Part shown: positions 1 through 10,055 of the stretch, one piece after another | Layout of the letters: every line of letters begins with the position of its first letter | How positions within the stretch are numbered: the stretch's first letter is position 1 | From: Candidatus Eiseniibacteriota bacterium | GTDB taxonomy: Bacteria > Eisenbacteria > RBG-16-71-46 > JABDJR01 | Reading direction: 5' to 3' | Assembly: GCA_963762255.1 (NCBI GenBank) | Contig: CAVXKA010000002.1 | Coordinates: 768,001-832,000, forward strand | Length of the DNA stretch: 64,000 bases | Notes under the pieces: generated by a model | What the model was told of the DNA's origin: nothing | Database searches by the model: none | What the model saw: the letters and a program-made list of their open reading frames with translations, nothing else | Made by a program: the position numbers and the translations under genes

Positions 1-42
1 CGTCGGTCTCCCTTCCTTCCAACCAACTGCGAGGAGAAAAGA

Positions 43-261
43 ATGGCCAAGAAGATGGCGCCCAAGAAGTCGCCCGACAAGAAGGCGTCGGGTGGTGATC
101 TGATCATCTCGAAGTCGCGCACCAAGGCGGCGGTGAAGAAGTGCAACGTGTCGAGCGACTTCTACGGCGCCCTGGACAAGAAGGTCCGCGGCCTCATCGC
201 GGAAGCCGAGTCGCGGGCCATGGGCAACAAGCGCAAGACGCTCAAGCCCCAGGATCTCTAG
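43..261 (+). CDS. Bacterial histone-fold protein with Lys-rich N-terminal tail
   Basis: 72 aa; C-terminal RKTLKPQDL matches the histone RxTxxxxD L2/alpha3 motif; overall layout like Bdellovibrio Bd0055-type singlet histones; GAGGAG RBS upstream. Confidence 0.85.
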   Translation: MAKKMAPKKSPDKKASGGDLIISKSRTKAAVKKCNVSSDFYGALDKKVRGLIAEAESRAMGNKRKTLKPQDL

Positions 262-292
262 ACCCCGTTTCGGTCGCAGAATCCTTTGTTCC

Positions 293-320
293 AAGAGCGG
301 CGCCTTCGGGCGCCGCTCTT
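293..320. terminator. Hairpin between convergent genes, probably a bidirectional terminator
   Basis: AAGAGCGGCGCC-TTCG-GGCGCCGCTCTT: 12-bp stem with cUUCGg tetraloop. Confidence 0.7.
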
Positions 321-334
321 CGTTGGTGCCGAAC

Positions 335-1755
335 TCAAGGCGCGGAGGGTTCGAGGGCGGGCAGCGGTTCCCGCCCCACCGCGTACCGTTCGATGCTGGA
401 GCGGATGCCGGGGCTCTCTCCTCGAAAGCCGCCACCACCTGCGCCTCGGTCACCAGTCCCGCGCCTTCGTATCGGTTGTGCTCCTCGAACAGACGGCGCA
501 GAGTGCGATCGAGCGCGCCGGGCCCGGAGACCGTCTCCATTCGCTCGTCGATCAGGCGCGCGACCAGGAATCCGCGGGAGTAGACGAGCGAGTACGCGCT
601 CAGATCGTTCATGGCACGCGCGGCTTCGGCGAGCGTCAGATCCCGATGCCCGGGAGTCGCACGCCACTCGGCTTCCTTCCTGCGCGCAACGTCCCCGAAC
701 CCGGCCGGTGTGAGCACCCCGGATCGTTCCATGAGGCGGAATGCCATGTACTCGGTGACCCCTTCCATGAGCCAGATGAGATCGGGGGCGTTCTGGAAGG
801 GAGGTTCGGGCGAGGCGATGACCGCGCCGCCGATGTAGAAGTGAAAGCACTCGTGAGCGGCAAGCGCGGTGAGGCCCTCCATGTCGTTGAAGCGATCGGG
901 GGTTGCCAGGCACAGGAAGGCCCCTTCCTGGCTGGTGCCGCTGACGATGCTTCGCCGGCCATCGGTCGGCGCCACGCGGTAGAGAGCGAGCACGTCGAGC
1001 CGATCCCCTCGCGGGGGCGCGCCGAAGAGCGCCACCATCTCGCGGAGCACGGGGAGCAGCCGGTTGGCGATGTGCAGACCGAGGCCGGCGCTCGCTGTGC
1101 CCTCGGTGAGGACCGTCACAGCGGCCCGATCGGAACTCAAGTGGGACGGCTTGAAGTCTCCTGCGGCGGCGAACCCGCTCCATGCGTCGTGCAGGTTCGC
1201 CGGCCGGTAGGCGCCGTCCTCCTGCGGCCACGAACCCCAGATTTCCCAACCCACCGGCGCGCACACGTGGATGGAAAGACTCGCCGGAGCGCGCGCGCCC
1301 AGGTTCACCGGGGTGAGGAGCACCGAATACCCGATCCAGACGAAGCGCCCGTCGGTCACGAAGGAGGCCTCGGGAGACGCCATCGGATCGTAGCCGCGGA
1401 CGCGGTAGGTCAGGGTGAAGCGACCGGGATTGCGGGAGAGCTTCCACCGGCCTTCTCCGTCTTCATGCGTCCGATCGAGCCCGATTTCGGCGCCGGTTGC
1501 GTCCGCGGCCCGGATGTCTTCGATGTGGCCCGGCATGTCCGCGAGCGCGCCCCACGATTCGAGGAGACGAAACGCGGGGCGGCGTCCTGGAAGATCCCGC
1601 GCGTCGAGACGGACCTCGAAGCCATCGGAGATGGAACTCACGGTGTAGACGAGCACGGGAGCCCGACCTGCGGGCACGAGAGAGCACGCGGGGCCGGCCA
1701 CCGCGGCGAACGCGGCCAGGAGGAGCGTGAAGGATATTCGGGTGATTCGCGTCAC
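335..1755 (-). CDS. Secreted M61/gluzincin-like zinc metallopeptidase, frameshifted near the 3' end (absent from the ORF track)
   Basis: Manual translation from GTG at 1755: signal peptide MTRITRISFTLLLAAFAAVAGPAC, HECFH, WLMEGVTEY, VYSRG; one base missing in the G4 run at 410-413 restores the C-terminus ...APGIRSSIERYAVGREPLPALEPSAP*. Confidence 0.8.
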
Positions 1756-1874
1756 TGTCGTCGGTCCACCGGTGGTTTATAGTTGGGTGATCGGCTGCGG
1801 GCCTCCGAGCTTGACCGCGAAGATCGAGGAACCACCGCCGGATGGCCTTTCCGAGCAAGAGGAGCCCGAACCGC

Positions 1875-2075
1875 GTGCACATTCGCTTGAACGGAGAACT
1901 CCGCGAGATCGAGTCGGGCCTCACCGTAACCCGACTTCTGGAATCGCTGGGCTTCGGCACAGGGCGGGTGGCGGTGGCGGTGAACGCGGAAGTGGTGCCT
2001 CGGACGGAGCACGCCGAGCGCGTGCTCTGCGACGAGGACGAGGTCGAGATCATTCACGCGGTAGCCGGCGGATAG
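1875..2075 (+). CDS. thiS: Sulfur carrier protein ThiS
   Basis: IRLNGE...[10 protein letters not shown]...EIIHAVAGG with C-terminal GG; GTG start after AGAGGAG; adjacent to thiG. Confidence 0.93.
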   Translation: MHIRLNGELREIESGLTVTRLLESLGFGTGRVAVAVNAEVVPRTEHAERVLCDEDEVEIIHAVAGG

Positions 2076-2094
2076 CCGGAGGAGAATCGGGAAC

Positions 2095-2889
2095 ATGACG
2101 CTGACGAATCACGGGGACGAGGCGCTCGTCCTGGGTAGCTTTCAACTGCGCTCCCGGCTCATCGCCGGCACCGGCAAGTACCCTTCGGCCGAGATCATGC
2201 GCGAGGCGCTGAAGGAGAGCGGGACCGAGATGGTGACCGTCGCCATCCGGCGGGTGGATCTCAAGGACCGCGGGCGGGACAGCATTCTCGGTGTCCTGGT
2301 CGAAGGAGGCTACACGATCCTCCCCAACACCGCGGGGTGCTACACCGCGAAGGACGCCATCCTCACCGCGCGGCTCGCGCGCGAAGCGCTCGATACGTCC
2401 ATCATCAAGCTGGAAGTGATCGGGGATCAGAAGACACTCTTCCCCGACAACGAGGAACTCCTGGAGGCGGCGCGCGTGCTCGTCAAGGACGGGTTCACGG
2501 TCCTCCCCTACACGAACGACGATCCCATCATGTGCAAGAAGCTCGAGGACGCCGGATGCGCCGCGGTGATGCCGTTGGGCGCGCCGATCGGGAGCGGCCT
2601 CGGCATCCGCAACCCGACCAACATCCGGATCATCCTGGAGACGGTGAAGGTGCCGGTGATCGTGGATGCGGGGGTGGGGATAGCATCCGACGCAGCCGTC
2701 GCCATGGAGCTGGGTTGCCACGCCGTGCTGATGAACACCGGCATCGCGGGTGCGAAAGATCCGGTGCGCATGGCTCGGGCGATGCGGCGAGCGGTGGAAG
2801 CGGGACGCGACGCCTACCTCGCCGGGCGCATCGTGAAGAAACTCTACGCCACCGCGTCGAGCCCTATCGAGGGCGTGATCGGCTCGTGA
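2095..2889 (+). CDS. thiG: Thiazole synthase
   Basis: [43 protein letters not shown] motifs. Confidence 0.97.
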   Translation: MTLTNHGDEALVLGSFQLRSRLIAGTGKYPSAEIMREALKESGTEMVTVAIRRVDLKDRGRDSILGVLVEGGYTILPNTAGCYTAKDAILTARLAREALDTSIIKLEVIGDQKTLFPDNEELLEAARVLVKDGFTVLPYTNDDPIMCKKLEDAGCAAVMPLGAPIGSGLGIRNPTNIRIILETVKVPVIVDAGVGIASDAAVAMELGCHAVLMNTGIAGAKDPVRMARAMRRAVEAGRDAYLAGRIVKKLYATASSPIEGVIGS

Positions 2890-3512
2890 CCTCCGGCTTT
2901 CCGCCCGGGCTGTTGCTCATCACCGATCGCGCCCAGGCACGGCTTCCGCTTGTAGAAATCGCCGAGGCCGCGCTCGGCGCCGGCTTCGCCGCGGTAATGC
3001 TGCGCGAGAAGGATCTCGGCGGGCGGGAGCTGTTCGAGCTCGCGAAGACCTTATGCGGGATCTGCGAGCGTTACGGGCGCCCTCTGATCGTCAACGACCG
3101 GTTGGATGTTGCGCTGGCGCTCCCCGGTGCGGGCGCGCACCTGGGCAGGGCGGGCGTCCCGATCGCCGACGCGCGGCGGCTCCTGGGGGCGGATAGACCG
3201 CTCGGATACTCCGCTCACGAAGCGGATGAAGCGCGCGCGGCGATCGAGGCCGGCGCCGACTACGTCACCCTGAGCCCGATCTTCTCCAGCGCGAGCAAGC
3301 CCGACACCATGCCTCGCGGGGTCGCGTGGCTGCGCGCGGCCGCGGCGGAGTTGCCGCGGGGGCGCGTGATCGCGCTCGGCGGAATCACAGCCGACACGCT
3401 GGCCGAAGTGCGCGGAGCCGGAGCGGCAGGTGCGGCGATCATGGGCGAAATGATGCGAGCGGAGTATCCGGGGCGGGCTGCGGCGGAGATGGTGCAAGCG
3501 TTCGGGAGCTAG
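2886..3512 (+). CDS. thiE: Thiamine-phosphate synthase (ThiE/TenI family)
   Basis: [38 protein letters not shown]; GTGA overlap with thiG stop. Confidence 0.85.
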   Translation: MTSGFPPGLLLITDRAQARLPLVEIAEAALGAGFAAVMLREKDLGGRELFELAKTLCGICERYGRPLIVNDRLDVALALPGAGAHLGRAGVPIADARRLLGADRPLGYSAHEADEARAAIEAGADYVTLSPIFSSASKPDTMPRGVAWLRAAAAELPRGRVIALGGITADTLAEVRGAGAAGAAIMGEMMRAEYPGRAAAEMVQAFGS

Positions 3513-3550
3513 TCACCCGGCTCCGCATCCAAAATGTGATACAAATTGTC

Positions 3551-3559
3551 TGTTATAAT
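3551..3559 (+). promoter_or_regulatory. Extended -10 promoter for the 3654 gene
   Basis: TG-T-TATAAT within an AT-rich intergenic patch. Confidence 0.55.
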
Positions 3560-3653
3560 ATCTTCCCTTGCACGGCAGTGAAAATAGGCGTACATATGAA
3601 CTCGATCCTCAGTAATTACGGGTCACCCCTCGACCCGTGAAAGGAGACGAGCC

Positions 3654-5063
3654 ATGCTGCGTCTCTCCGGCCGATTCCTGATCGGGTCCCCACTGTTTGC
3701 AGTCCTGCTGCTCGGCGCCACTCTCCGCACGGCGACGGGTCTCACGCTGGACGACGCCAAGTTCGCCCTGCATCTGAAGGCGGCCACCACGGACTCACGA
3801 ACGGCCTGCACGACCTGGGCGCCGGTCGACGTCCCCTGTTCCCAGTTCCAGACCCGCGGTCAGGTCGGCGTCCGCTACGACGCCTACCTCATCATCGCCA
3901 ACGCGGGGGGAAACGCGTGGAACGAGCACGGTGTCGGCGGGGTCTCCTGCGGCATCGAGTACGACGCCGCGATGGGATCCGGCGTGGACGTCTTCGGCTG
4001 GTACCTCTGCGCCGATCTCGAGTTCACGAATGGCGGGGCCAACGGTGAGTGGCCCGCTGCAGGCGGCGGCAATCGCATGACCTGGGTGCTGACCACCAAC
4101 TGCCAGGAGCACATCATCGCCGGCTACGAATCGGAAGGGGTCCACGCCGTCGCGGGAGCCTTCTACGTGTATGCGTACGACGAGGATCTCCTCTACGTCC
4201 AGCCCAACTTGAACACCGTCGTCCAGGAGCTTGCGATCGCTGATTGCACTGCGAGGACGAGTTACCTGCCGTGGGACCGCCGAGGCGCCATACAGTTCAC
4301 CGCGACGGGCGACACGGATGGATACAACCCATGCACCGGGGCGGGGACGCCTCCCCCGGATCCTCCGGAACCCCCGCCACCTCCTCCGCCTCCTCCACCT
4401 CCCCCTCCGCCACCTCCGCCTCCCCCGCCGGTGGATCCCACCGTGATGCTGCATGTGGGCCCGGTGGTCGCACAGCGGGTAGGTTGCGCGAGCGCTCCCA
4501 GCGCCCCTGAGGACGTGGTCACCTTGGGTCAGGCCAACTCCGACGGCAGCGCCCTCTACTTCGTCTACGTCCTGGCGACCCCGGGCAACCAGACCGACCC
4601 CATCGGCTTGAGCGGCGTCCAGCTCGGCATCGAATACACCGAGAGCCCCCTCCCCACTGAGGGTCTCAAGATCTTCGGCTGGTCCCGCTGCGCAGGCATC
4701 GAATTCACGGCCGACAATTGGCCCGCATCCGGCACGGGCAACACGATCGTCTGGGGCAAGGACAACTGCGAGCCAGGACCCATCGCGGTGGCCGGCTACT
4801 TCTACGTCGGCGCCTACTCGCCTTCGACCATGTCCATCGTGGGATGGCCCGCCACCGGCCTCGTGAAGACCGCCGACTGCCTGGGCGCGGAAGCGGTGTT
4901 CGACGACACACTCAGCACAGCGCAGGTCGGCTGGGTGTCCTTGGGCGGGGCCTTGAAGGGGCAGGACAGCGATGGCTGTAACCCCGCCGTCGAGATCTGC
5001 AACGACGAAGGCGTGGCCGTCCAGCCCACCACCTGGGGGAGGTTGAAGACACTGTTCAAGTGA
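3654..5063 (+). CDS. Secreted protein: two copies of an unnamed Cys-rich domain, poly-Pro linker, C-terminal VAVQPTTWGRLKTLFK tail
   Basis: Hydrophobic signal peptide; internal duplication; ~20-Pro linker; AGGAG RBS. Confidence 0.85.
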   Translation: MLRLSGRFLIGSPLFAVLLLGATLRTATGLTLDDAKFALHLKAATTDSRTACTTWAPVDVPCSQFQTRGQVGVRYDAYLIIANAGGNAWNEHGVGGVSCGIEYDAAMGSGVDVFGWYLCADLEFTNGGANGEWPAAGGGNRMTWVLTTNCQEHIIAGYESEGVHAVAGAFYVYAYDEDLLYVQPNLNTVVQELAIADCTARTSYLPWDRRGAIQFTATGDTDGYNPCTGAGTPPPDPPEPPPPPPPPPPPPPPPPPPPPVDPTVMLHVGPVVAQRVGCASAPSAPEDVVTLGQANSDGSALYFVYVLATPGNQTDPIGLSGVQLGIEYTESPLPTEGLKIFGWSRCAGIEFTADNWPASGTGNTIVWGKDNCEPGPIAVAGYFYVGAYSPSTMSIVGWPATGLVKTADCLGAEAVFDDTLSTAQVGWVSLGGALKGQDSDGCNPAVEICNDEGVAVQPTTWGRLKTLFK

Positions 5064-5086
5064 GGAGACCGCGCATCGCGGGGGCT

Positions 5087-5114
5087 CGCCGAGTCCACCC
5101 GGGTGGACTCGGCG
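5087..5114. repeat. 28-bp perfect palindrome with CACCCGGGTG core (REP-like or terminator)
   Basis: CGCCGAGTCCACCCGGGTGGACTCGGCG between convergent stop codons. Confidence 0.75.
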
Positions 5115-5120
5115 GGTCGC

Positions 5121-7553
5121 TCAGCGTCCGCCGCGCTTCTTCCCTCCGCGGCGGCTTCCGCCGGAAGCAGCCGCCTTCTTGGTCGCCCGCGCGCGACCGG
5201 GAGCCGCAGTAGCTCCCCGGCCTGGAGCCGCAGCCGTTCCACGCCCCGGGGCCGCAGCAGTTCCACGACCGGGAGTCGTTCCACGCCCCGGGGCCGGGGC
5301 CGCTCGCCGACCGCCCTTGCTCCGCTGCTTGAGTTCTTCGATGCGCGAGCGCGGCTTGACCGGCTTCGTCTTCCCCTCGAACGCGGTCTTGGCCCGGCGG
5401 CGTCGCTGCTCCGGCGTCTGCTCCTGCGGTTCGTCCCCACCCACCAGCAGGAAATCGATCTGGCGGAGTTCCTTGCTCACCGAGAGCACCTGCACGCGCA
5501 CGCGGTCGCCCAGCATGAATCGACGACCGGTGTTGCTCCCCACGAGCGCGAAGTCGTTCTCCCAGTACTCGTAGTAGTCGTCACCCAGCGCGCTGATGTG
5601 CACGAGACCGCTCACGAAGAACTCGCCCAGCTCGACAAAGAAACCGAAGACCTCCACGCCGGTGATGATCCCATCGAACTCCTCGCCCAGGTGACGCTCC
5701 ATGAACTGGATCTTCTTGAGTTCGACCGAGTCGCGCTCGGCGCTCTCCGCAAGCCGCTCGCGCTCGCTCGATCGGAGCGCCGCGTCCTCCAGCCATTCCC
5801 GGTAGCGGTCGGCGTGCGAGATGGGCGCCGGCTGCCGCCCCGACAGTACGCGGAGCGCGCGGTGAACCAGCAGGTCCGGGTACCGGCGGATGGGCGAAGT
5901 GAAGTGAGTGTAGTCCTTGAGCGCGAGACCGAAGTGTCCGAGCGGAACGGTGTCGTAGCGCGCGCGGGCGAGGCTACGCAGGGTCTTCGTGTGGACGATT
6001 TGTTCCTCGGGCTTACCCTCGGCCAGCTTCAGCACGCGCTGCAGTTCGCTCGGCGGGACCTTGCCGTTCGCGTCCACGTGCAGCGAGTAGCCGAAACGCC
6101 CGATCAGGGCCTGCAGCTCTTCCAATTTCTTCTCGGCGGGCTCCTCGTGAACGCGGTAGATCGAAGGGCGCTTGGAGCGCAGCAGGTGGCGCGCCACGAC
6201 CTCGTTGGCGAGAAGCATGAACTCCTCGACAAGGCGATGGCTCTCCATGCGCACGACCTTGCGAATGTCGATGGGGAACCCTTCGGCATCCAGTATCACC
6301 CGGCTCTCGGGCAGATCGAAGTCGAGCGCTCCGCGACGCACACGCTTCTGGTTCAGGACCGCTGCCAGCGCCCGAAGACGGTCCATGAGGGGGGCGATGG
6401 GCTCCAGCCGGCGGCGCATCTCGGGATCGCCGTCGAAGAAGGCCTGCGCCTCCTCGTAGGCCAGCCGGCGCGTCGAGCGGATCACGGTGTCTTCGATGCG
6501 GAAGCCCATGATGCGGCCGCGCTCGGTGATGTGAACGAGCACGGACATGGCGAGCCGGTCCACGTTCGGGTTGAGCGAGCAGAGGTGGTTCGAGAGCTTC
6601 TCCGGCAGCATGGGGAGCACGCGGTCCACGAGGTAGACGCTCGTCCCCCGCTGCCATGCCTCCCGGTCGATCGGATCGTCGAAGCGCACGTAGTGGCTGA
6701 CGTCGGCGATGTGCACGCCGAGTTCCAGGTCGCCGTCCTCGCGCACGGTCAGGGAGAGCGCGTCGTCGAAATCCTTTGCGCTGACGGGATCGATGGTCAC
6801 GACCTGGATGCCCCGCAGATCGACGCGGCGCTTGATCTCCTCCGCCGGCACTTCGTCGGGGAGCGCGGCCGCCGCCGCCGTCACCTCGGGCGGGAATTCG
6901 GTGGGCAACCCGTTGTGCTTGACGATGAGGAGCACGTCGAGGCCGAGATCGCCGGGAGTGCCTAGCACTTCGTCCACCCGCCCCGTCGGCCCCGAGGTCG
7001 GCGATCCCCAATCGGTGATCTCCACCATGACCTTCTGCCCGTCCAGCGCTTCCTTGGATTCCATGACGGGGACGAAGACATCGCGGCGGAATCGCGGATC
7101 GTCCGGGCACACGGTGACGAAGTGTTGCGCGCGCTTCACCGTGCCCACGAACATGGTGGAGGCGCGCTCGAGTACCTTCACCACCCGCCCCTCGGGGCGG
7201 CCCCGCCGATGATGCTCCACCCGCACCACGACCTTGTCACCGTGATACGCGTTGGCCAGTTCCTCAGCGGGGATGTAGATGTCCTCGCCCGGCTTCTCGG
7301 GCAACAGGAACGCGGCGCCGCTGCGGATGAAGGTGAGGCGACCGACCACCAGGTTGATGCGATCGGGGGGTGCGTAACTCCCTCCCCGAACACTGTAGAG
7401 ATCGCCGGTCTTGGCCAACCCCTCGACGAAATCGTCAAAGGCGCGGTAGCGCGCCTTGTCGATGGCCAGAGCCTTCGCCAGATCCCGGGCCTTGAGCGGC
7501 CGACCCGCCTTGCGTAGCGCCTCGAGGACCGATTCCTTCAGAAACTCAGCCAC
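5121..7553 (-). CDS. rnr: Ribonuclease R
   Basis: N-terminal HTH and CSD domains, TIDPVSAKDFDDA, HFTSPIRRYPDL, S1 domain, basic repetitive C-tail. Confidence 0.96.
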   Translation of the reverse strand: MAEFLKESVLEALRKAGRPLKARDLAKALAIDKARYRAFDDFVEGLAKTGDLYSVRGGSYAPPDRINLVVGRLTFIRSGAAFLLPEKPGEDIYIPAEELANAYHGDKVVVRVEHHRRGRPEGRVVKVLERASTMFVGTVKRAQHFVTVCPDDPRFRRDVFVPVMESKEALDGQKVMVEITDWGSPTSGPTGRVDEVLGTPGDLGLDVLLIVKHNGLPTEFPPEVTAAAAALPDEVPAEEIKRRVDLRGIQVVTIDPVSAKDFDDALSLTVREDGDLELGVHIADVSHYVRFDDPIDREAWQRGTSVYLVDRVLPMLPEKLSNHLCSLNPNVDRLAMSVLVHITERGRIMGFRIEDTVIRSTRRLAYEEAQAFFDGDPEMRRRLEPIAPLMDRLRALAAVLNQKRVRRGALDFDLPESRVILDAEGFPIDIRKVVRMESHRLVEEFMLLANEVVARHLLRSKRPSIYRVHEEPAEKKLEELQALIGRFGYSLHVDANGKVPPSELQRVLKLAEGKPEEQIVHTKTLRSLARARYDTVPLGHFGLALKDYTHFTSPIRRYPDLLVHRALRVLSGRQPAPISHADRYREWLEDAALRSSERERLAESAERDSVELKKIQFMERHLGEEFDGIITGVEVFGFFVELGEFFVSGLVHISALGDDYYEYWENDFALVGSNTGRRFMLGDRVRVQVLSVSKELRQIDFLLVGGDEPQEQTPEQRRRRAKTAFEGKTKPVKPRSRIEELKQRSKGGRRAAPAPGRGTTPGRGTAAAPGRGTAAAPGRGATAAPGRARATKKAAASGGSRRGGKKRGGR

Positions 7554-7964
7554 TCAGTCCTTTCCACCGGTTCCCTGGAACTGGTCTTCCCTGCGTCGGA
7601 AAAAGACGTTGAAGGTGGTGAGGGTGCCATAGACACGCGTGATGTACTGCTGCATGTCGACCTTGTCCTCGTCGGTGAGTTTGGGGTGCGCGTTGATCTT
7701 TTGCTCCAGCACGCGCAACCGGTCGCGCAGCATCACCAACTTGTGGAAGAAGCTCTCGAGAGGAACCTCTTTGGGCTTGAGCGAGAGATCGCCGGGCTGG
7801 AACACGGCTGTCCCTCCCTGCCAGCGCCCTTCCAGGCGGATCTCGCCGAGGACGAATTCCTCATCCAGGATCTCGCGCAGGATCTCGCGAAACTCGTCGA
7901 CATGCATGGTGGGAATGAAGTCGGGGTGGCGCTCCCCCGCCGTGCCCTCCGGTCTCGATTCCAT
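7554..7964 (-). CDS. Conserved hypothetical protein ([17 protein letters not shown] family)
   Basis: 3' part of ORF 7554..8915; ATG overlaps the upstream TGA; stop abuts the rnr start. Confidence 0.75.
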   Translation of the reverse strand: MESRPEGTAGERHPDFIPTMHVDEFREILREILDEEFVLGEIRLEGRWQGGTAVFQPGDLSLKPKEVPLESFFHKLVMLRDRLRVLEQKINAHPKLTDEDKVDMQQYITRVYGTLTTFNVFFRRREDQFQGTGGKD

Positions 7965-8797
7965 CAAGGCCTCCCGGTGCGTGCGAGCAAGAAATTGGAC
8001 TCCATGAGAACGTCGAGGGTGACTTGGTCGCGCGCACCGAGGGTCACCGATCTCTGCGCGGCCCGGTACTCCAGATGGGGATCGCGAAAGTAGACCGTGA
8101 CCGCATCGCTGACCACGCGCTCTCCGAGCGTGGCACCGGCGGAGGACGTGAGCGTGAACGGCTCGCCGATGCCGAGATCCTCGAGGAGAAAATAGCCGTC
8201 GGGGGCGGTCTGGTAGTTGTACGCCTCCGAGAAGATCAGTCCCTGCGGACGGTTGACGAGGAGATTCTGCGTGAGAACGAGGGGCGAACTCCCCGCAGGC
8301 GGATTCTCGGGGACCGTCATCCGCACTTCGTAGAGGCCGTTCGGCACGTAGGGGACGGGAACCTGGAGCGCTCGGTTCACCCCATCCCAGTTCACGCTGT
8401 GGATCCCCGCCGAGAACGCCCCGGTCTTGAGCGTGGCGATGACCGCGGGCACTCCCGCCACCGGAGCGTAGATCTCCAGCCGTCCGGTGGTGTCGACGTC
8501 GCATTCGACGACGACCGTGACCGCGCCCCCCACTTCCGTGGCGTTGGGGTTCGGGTAGGGCGGTCGCAGCCGGACGCTGGATGCGACCGGGGCGGTGAGG
8601 CCGATCGGCCCGCTCGCCGCCGCCGTGCGGAAGGCGAAGAGCGCTCCGACCTGGATCTCGCCGAGTGGCTGGCCCTGCGTGTCCATGACCGATCCGCTGA
8701 TGCTCGCGTTGTGTCCGGGAGGGACTTCCTGGGCGCACCCGCCGCCCAGGACGGCGGCGAGCAGGATCGCGGCTGGGAGGAATCCGGTGGTTCTCAT
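7964..8797 (-). CDS. Lipoprotein with internal FlgD-Ig-like domain
   Basis: [21 protein letters not shown] lipobox; PYPNP...LEIY...GIHSVNWDG...NGLY pattern. Confidence 0.7.
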   Translation of the reverse strand: MRTTGFLPAAILLAAVLGGGCAQEVPPGHNASISGSVMDTQGQPLGEIQVGALFAFRTAAASGPIGLTAPVASSVRLRPPYPNPNATEVGGAVTVVVECDVDTTGRLEIYAPVAGVPAVIATLKTGAFSAGIHSVNWDGVNRALQVPVPYVPNGLYEVRMTVPENPPAGSSPLVLTQNLLVNRPQGLIFSEAYNYQTAPDGYFLLEDLGIGEPFTLTSSAGATLGERVVSDAVTVYFRDPHLEYRAAQRSVTLGARDQVTLDVLMESNFLLARTGRP

Positions 8798-8907
8798 GAT
8801 CGGGCTCATCGTAGCGGGGGCGGCCCGGAACGGCAACCGCTTCCACTTGCCGGTCAGGGGCGCGGCCTCTAGCATGGGGCCCTGTCTTACAGCTCTCAGG
8901 GAGGAGA

Positions 8908-10053
8908 ATGGCCATGGACTTCCGTCTCAGCGACGAACAGAAAGCGCTTCAGGAACTGGCACGCGACTTCGCGCGGAACGAGATCGAGCCGGTCTCGGCG
9001 CATCATGACCGCACCGGCGAGTTCGCGACGGACATCTACGAGAAGGCGTTCGAGCTGGGGATCATGAACACGCACATTCCCGAGGAGTACGGCGGGCTGG
9101 GTCTCGGTGTGCTGGAGGCGTGCGTCATCGCCGAGGAGATCGCGGCCGGCTGCAGCGGCATCTATGCCTGCATGGAAGTGAACTCGCTCGCCGAGGCCCC
9201 CCTCATCGTGGCCGGCACCGACGACCAGAAGAAACGCTTCCTCACCCCCATGACCGAGAAGCTCACCTTCGCCGCCTACGCCGTCACCGAGCCCAATGCG
9301 GGGAGCGACGTCGCCGCGATCAAGACCCGCGCGGTGCGCGACGGGGAGGACTACATCCTCAACGGAAGCAAGATGTGGATCACCGGCGCCGGGCACGCCT
9401 CGTGGTTCTTCGTGCTCGCCTACACCGACCCGCAGAAGAAGTACAAGGGGATGACCGGGTTCCTGGTTCCCGCGGACCTTCCCGGCGTGCGGGTGGGCAA
9501 GAAGGAATGGAACATGGGGCAGCGGGCCTCCGACACCCGCACGGTGGACTTCGAAAACGTGCGCGTGCCGGCGGCCGACCGCCTGGGCGCGGAGGGCCAG
9601 GGATGGCTGATCGCCATGTCGGCCTTCGACCACACGCGGCCCGCGGTGGCGGCGGGCGCGGTAGGGGTCGCTCGGCGCGCCATGGAGCATGCGGTGCGCT
9701 ACGCGAAGGAGCGCGAGACGTTCGGCACGCCGATCGCCAACCACCAGACGATCTCGTTCATGATCGCCGACATGGCCAAGGAGATCGCGGCGGCGCGCCT
9801 CCTCGTTCACCATGCGGCGTGGAAGATCGACAACGGCGAGCGCAACACGCTGGAGGCTTCGATGGCCAAGTGCTTCGCCGCCGACACCGCGATGCGGGTC
9901 ACCACCGACGCGGTGCAGATCTTCGGCGGCTACGGCTACAGCACCGAGTACCCGGTGGAAAAGCTCATGCGCGATGCCAAGGTGTTCCAGATCTATGAGG
10001 GCACGAGCCAGGTCCAGCGGATCATCATGGCCCGCGAAATCCTGAAGGACTGA
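8908..10053 (+). CDS. Acyl-CoA dehydrogenase
   Basis: [38 protein letters not shown]. Confidence 0.95.
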   Translation: MAMDFRLSDEQKALQELARDFARNEIEPVSAHHDRTGEFATDIYEKAFELGIMNTHIPEEYGGLGLGVLEACVIAEEIAAGCSGIYACMEVNSLAEAPLIVAGTDDQKKRFLTPMTEKLTFAAYAVTEPNAGSDVAAIKTRAVRDGEDYILNGSKMWITGAGHASWFFVLAYTDPQKKYKGMTGFLVPADLPGVRVGKKEWNMGQRASDTRTVDFENVRVPAADRLGAEGQGWLIAMSAFDHTRPAVAAGAVGVARRAMEHAVRYAKERETFGTPIANHQTISFMIADMAKEIAAARLLVHHAAWKIDNGERNTLEASMAKCFAADTAMRVTTDAVQIFGGYGYSTEYPVEKLMRDAKVFQIYEGTSQVQRIIMAREILKD

Positions 10054-10055
10054 CC

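Noticed and set aside
286-1782. 498-aa plus-strand ORF, and similar long ORFs such as 5103..6965, 32826..34538, 41648..43663, 51113..53323 and 60449..62140
   Set aside because: Antisense shadows of real genes in high-GC DNA; the opposite strand carries the recognisable motifs
1760-1870. Possible TPP riboswitch upstream of thiS
   Set aside because: No CUGAGA or other TPP aptamer core is visible and the spacer is short
4350-4430. CCN-rich low-complexity repeat
   Set aside because: Encodes a poly-proline linker with mixed codons; not a DNA repeat element
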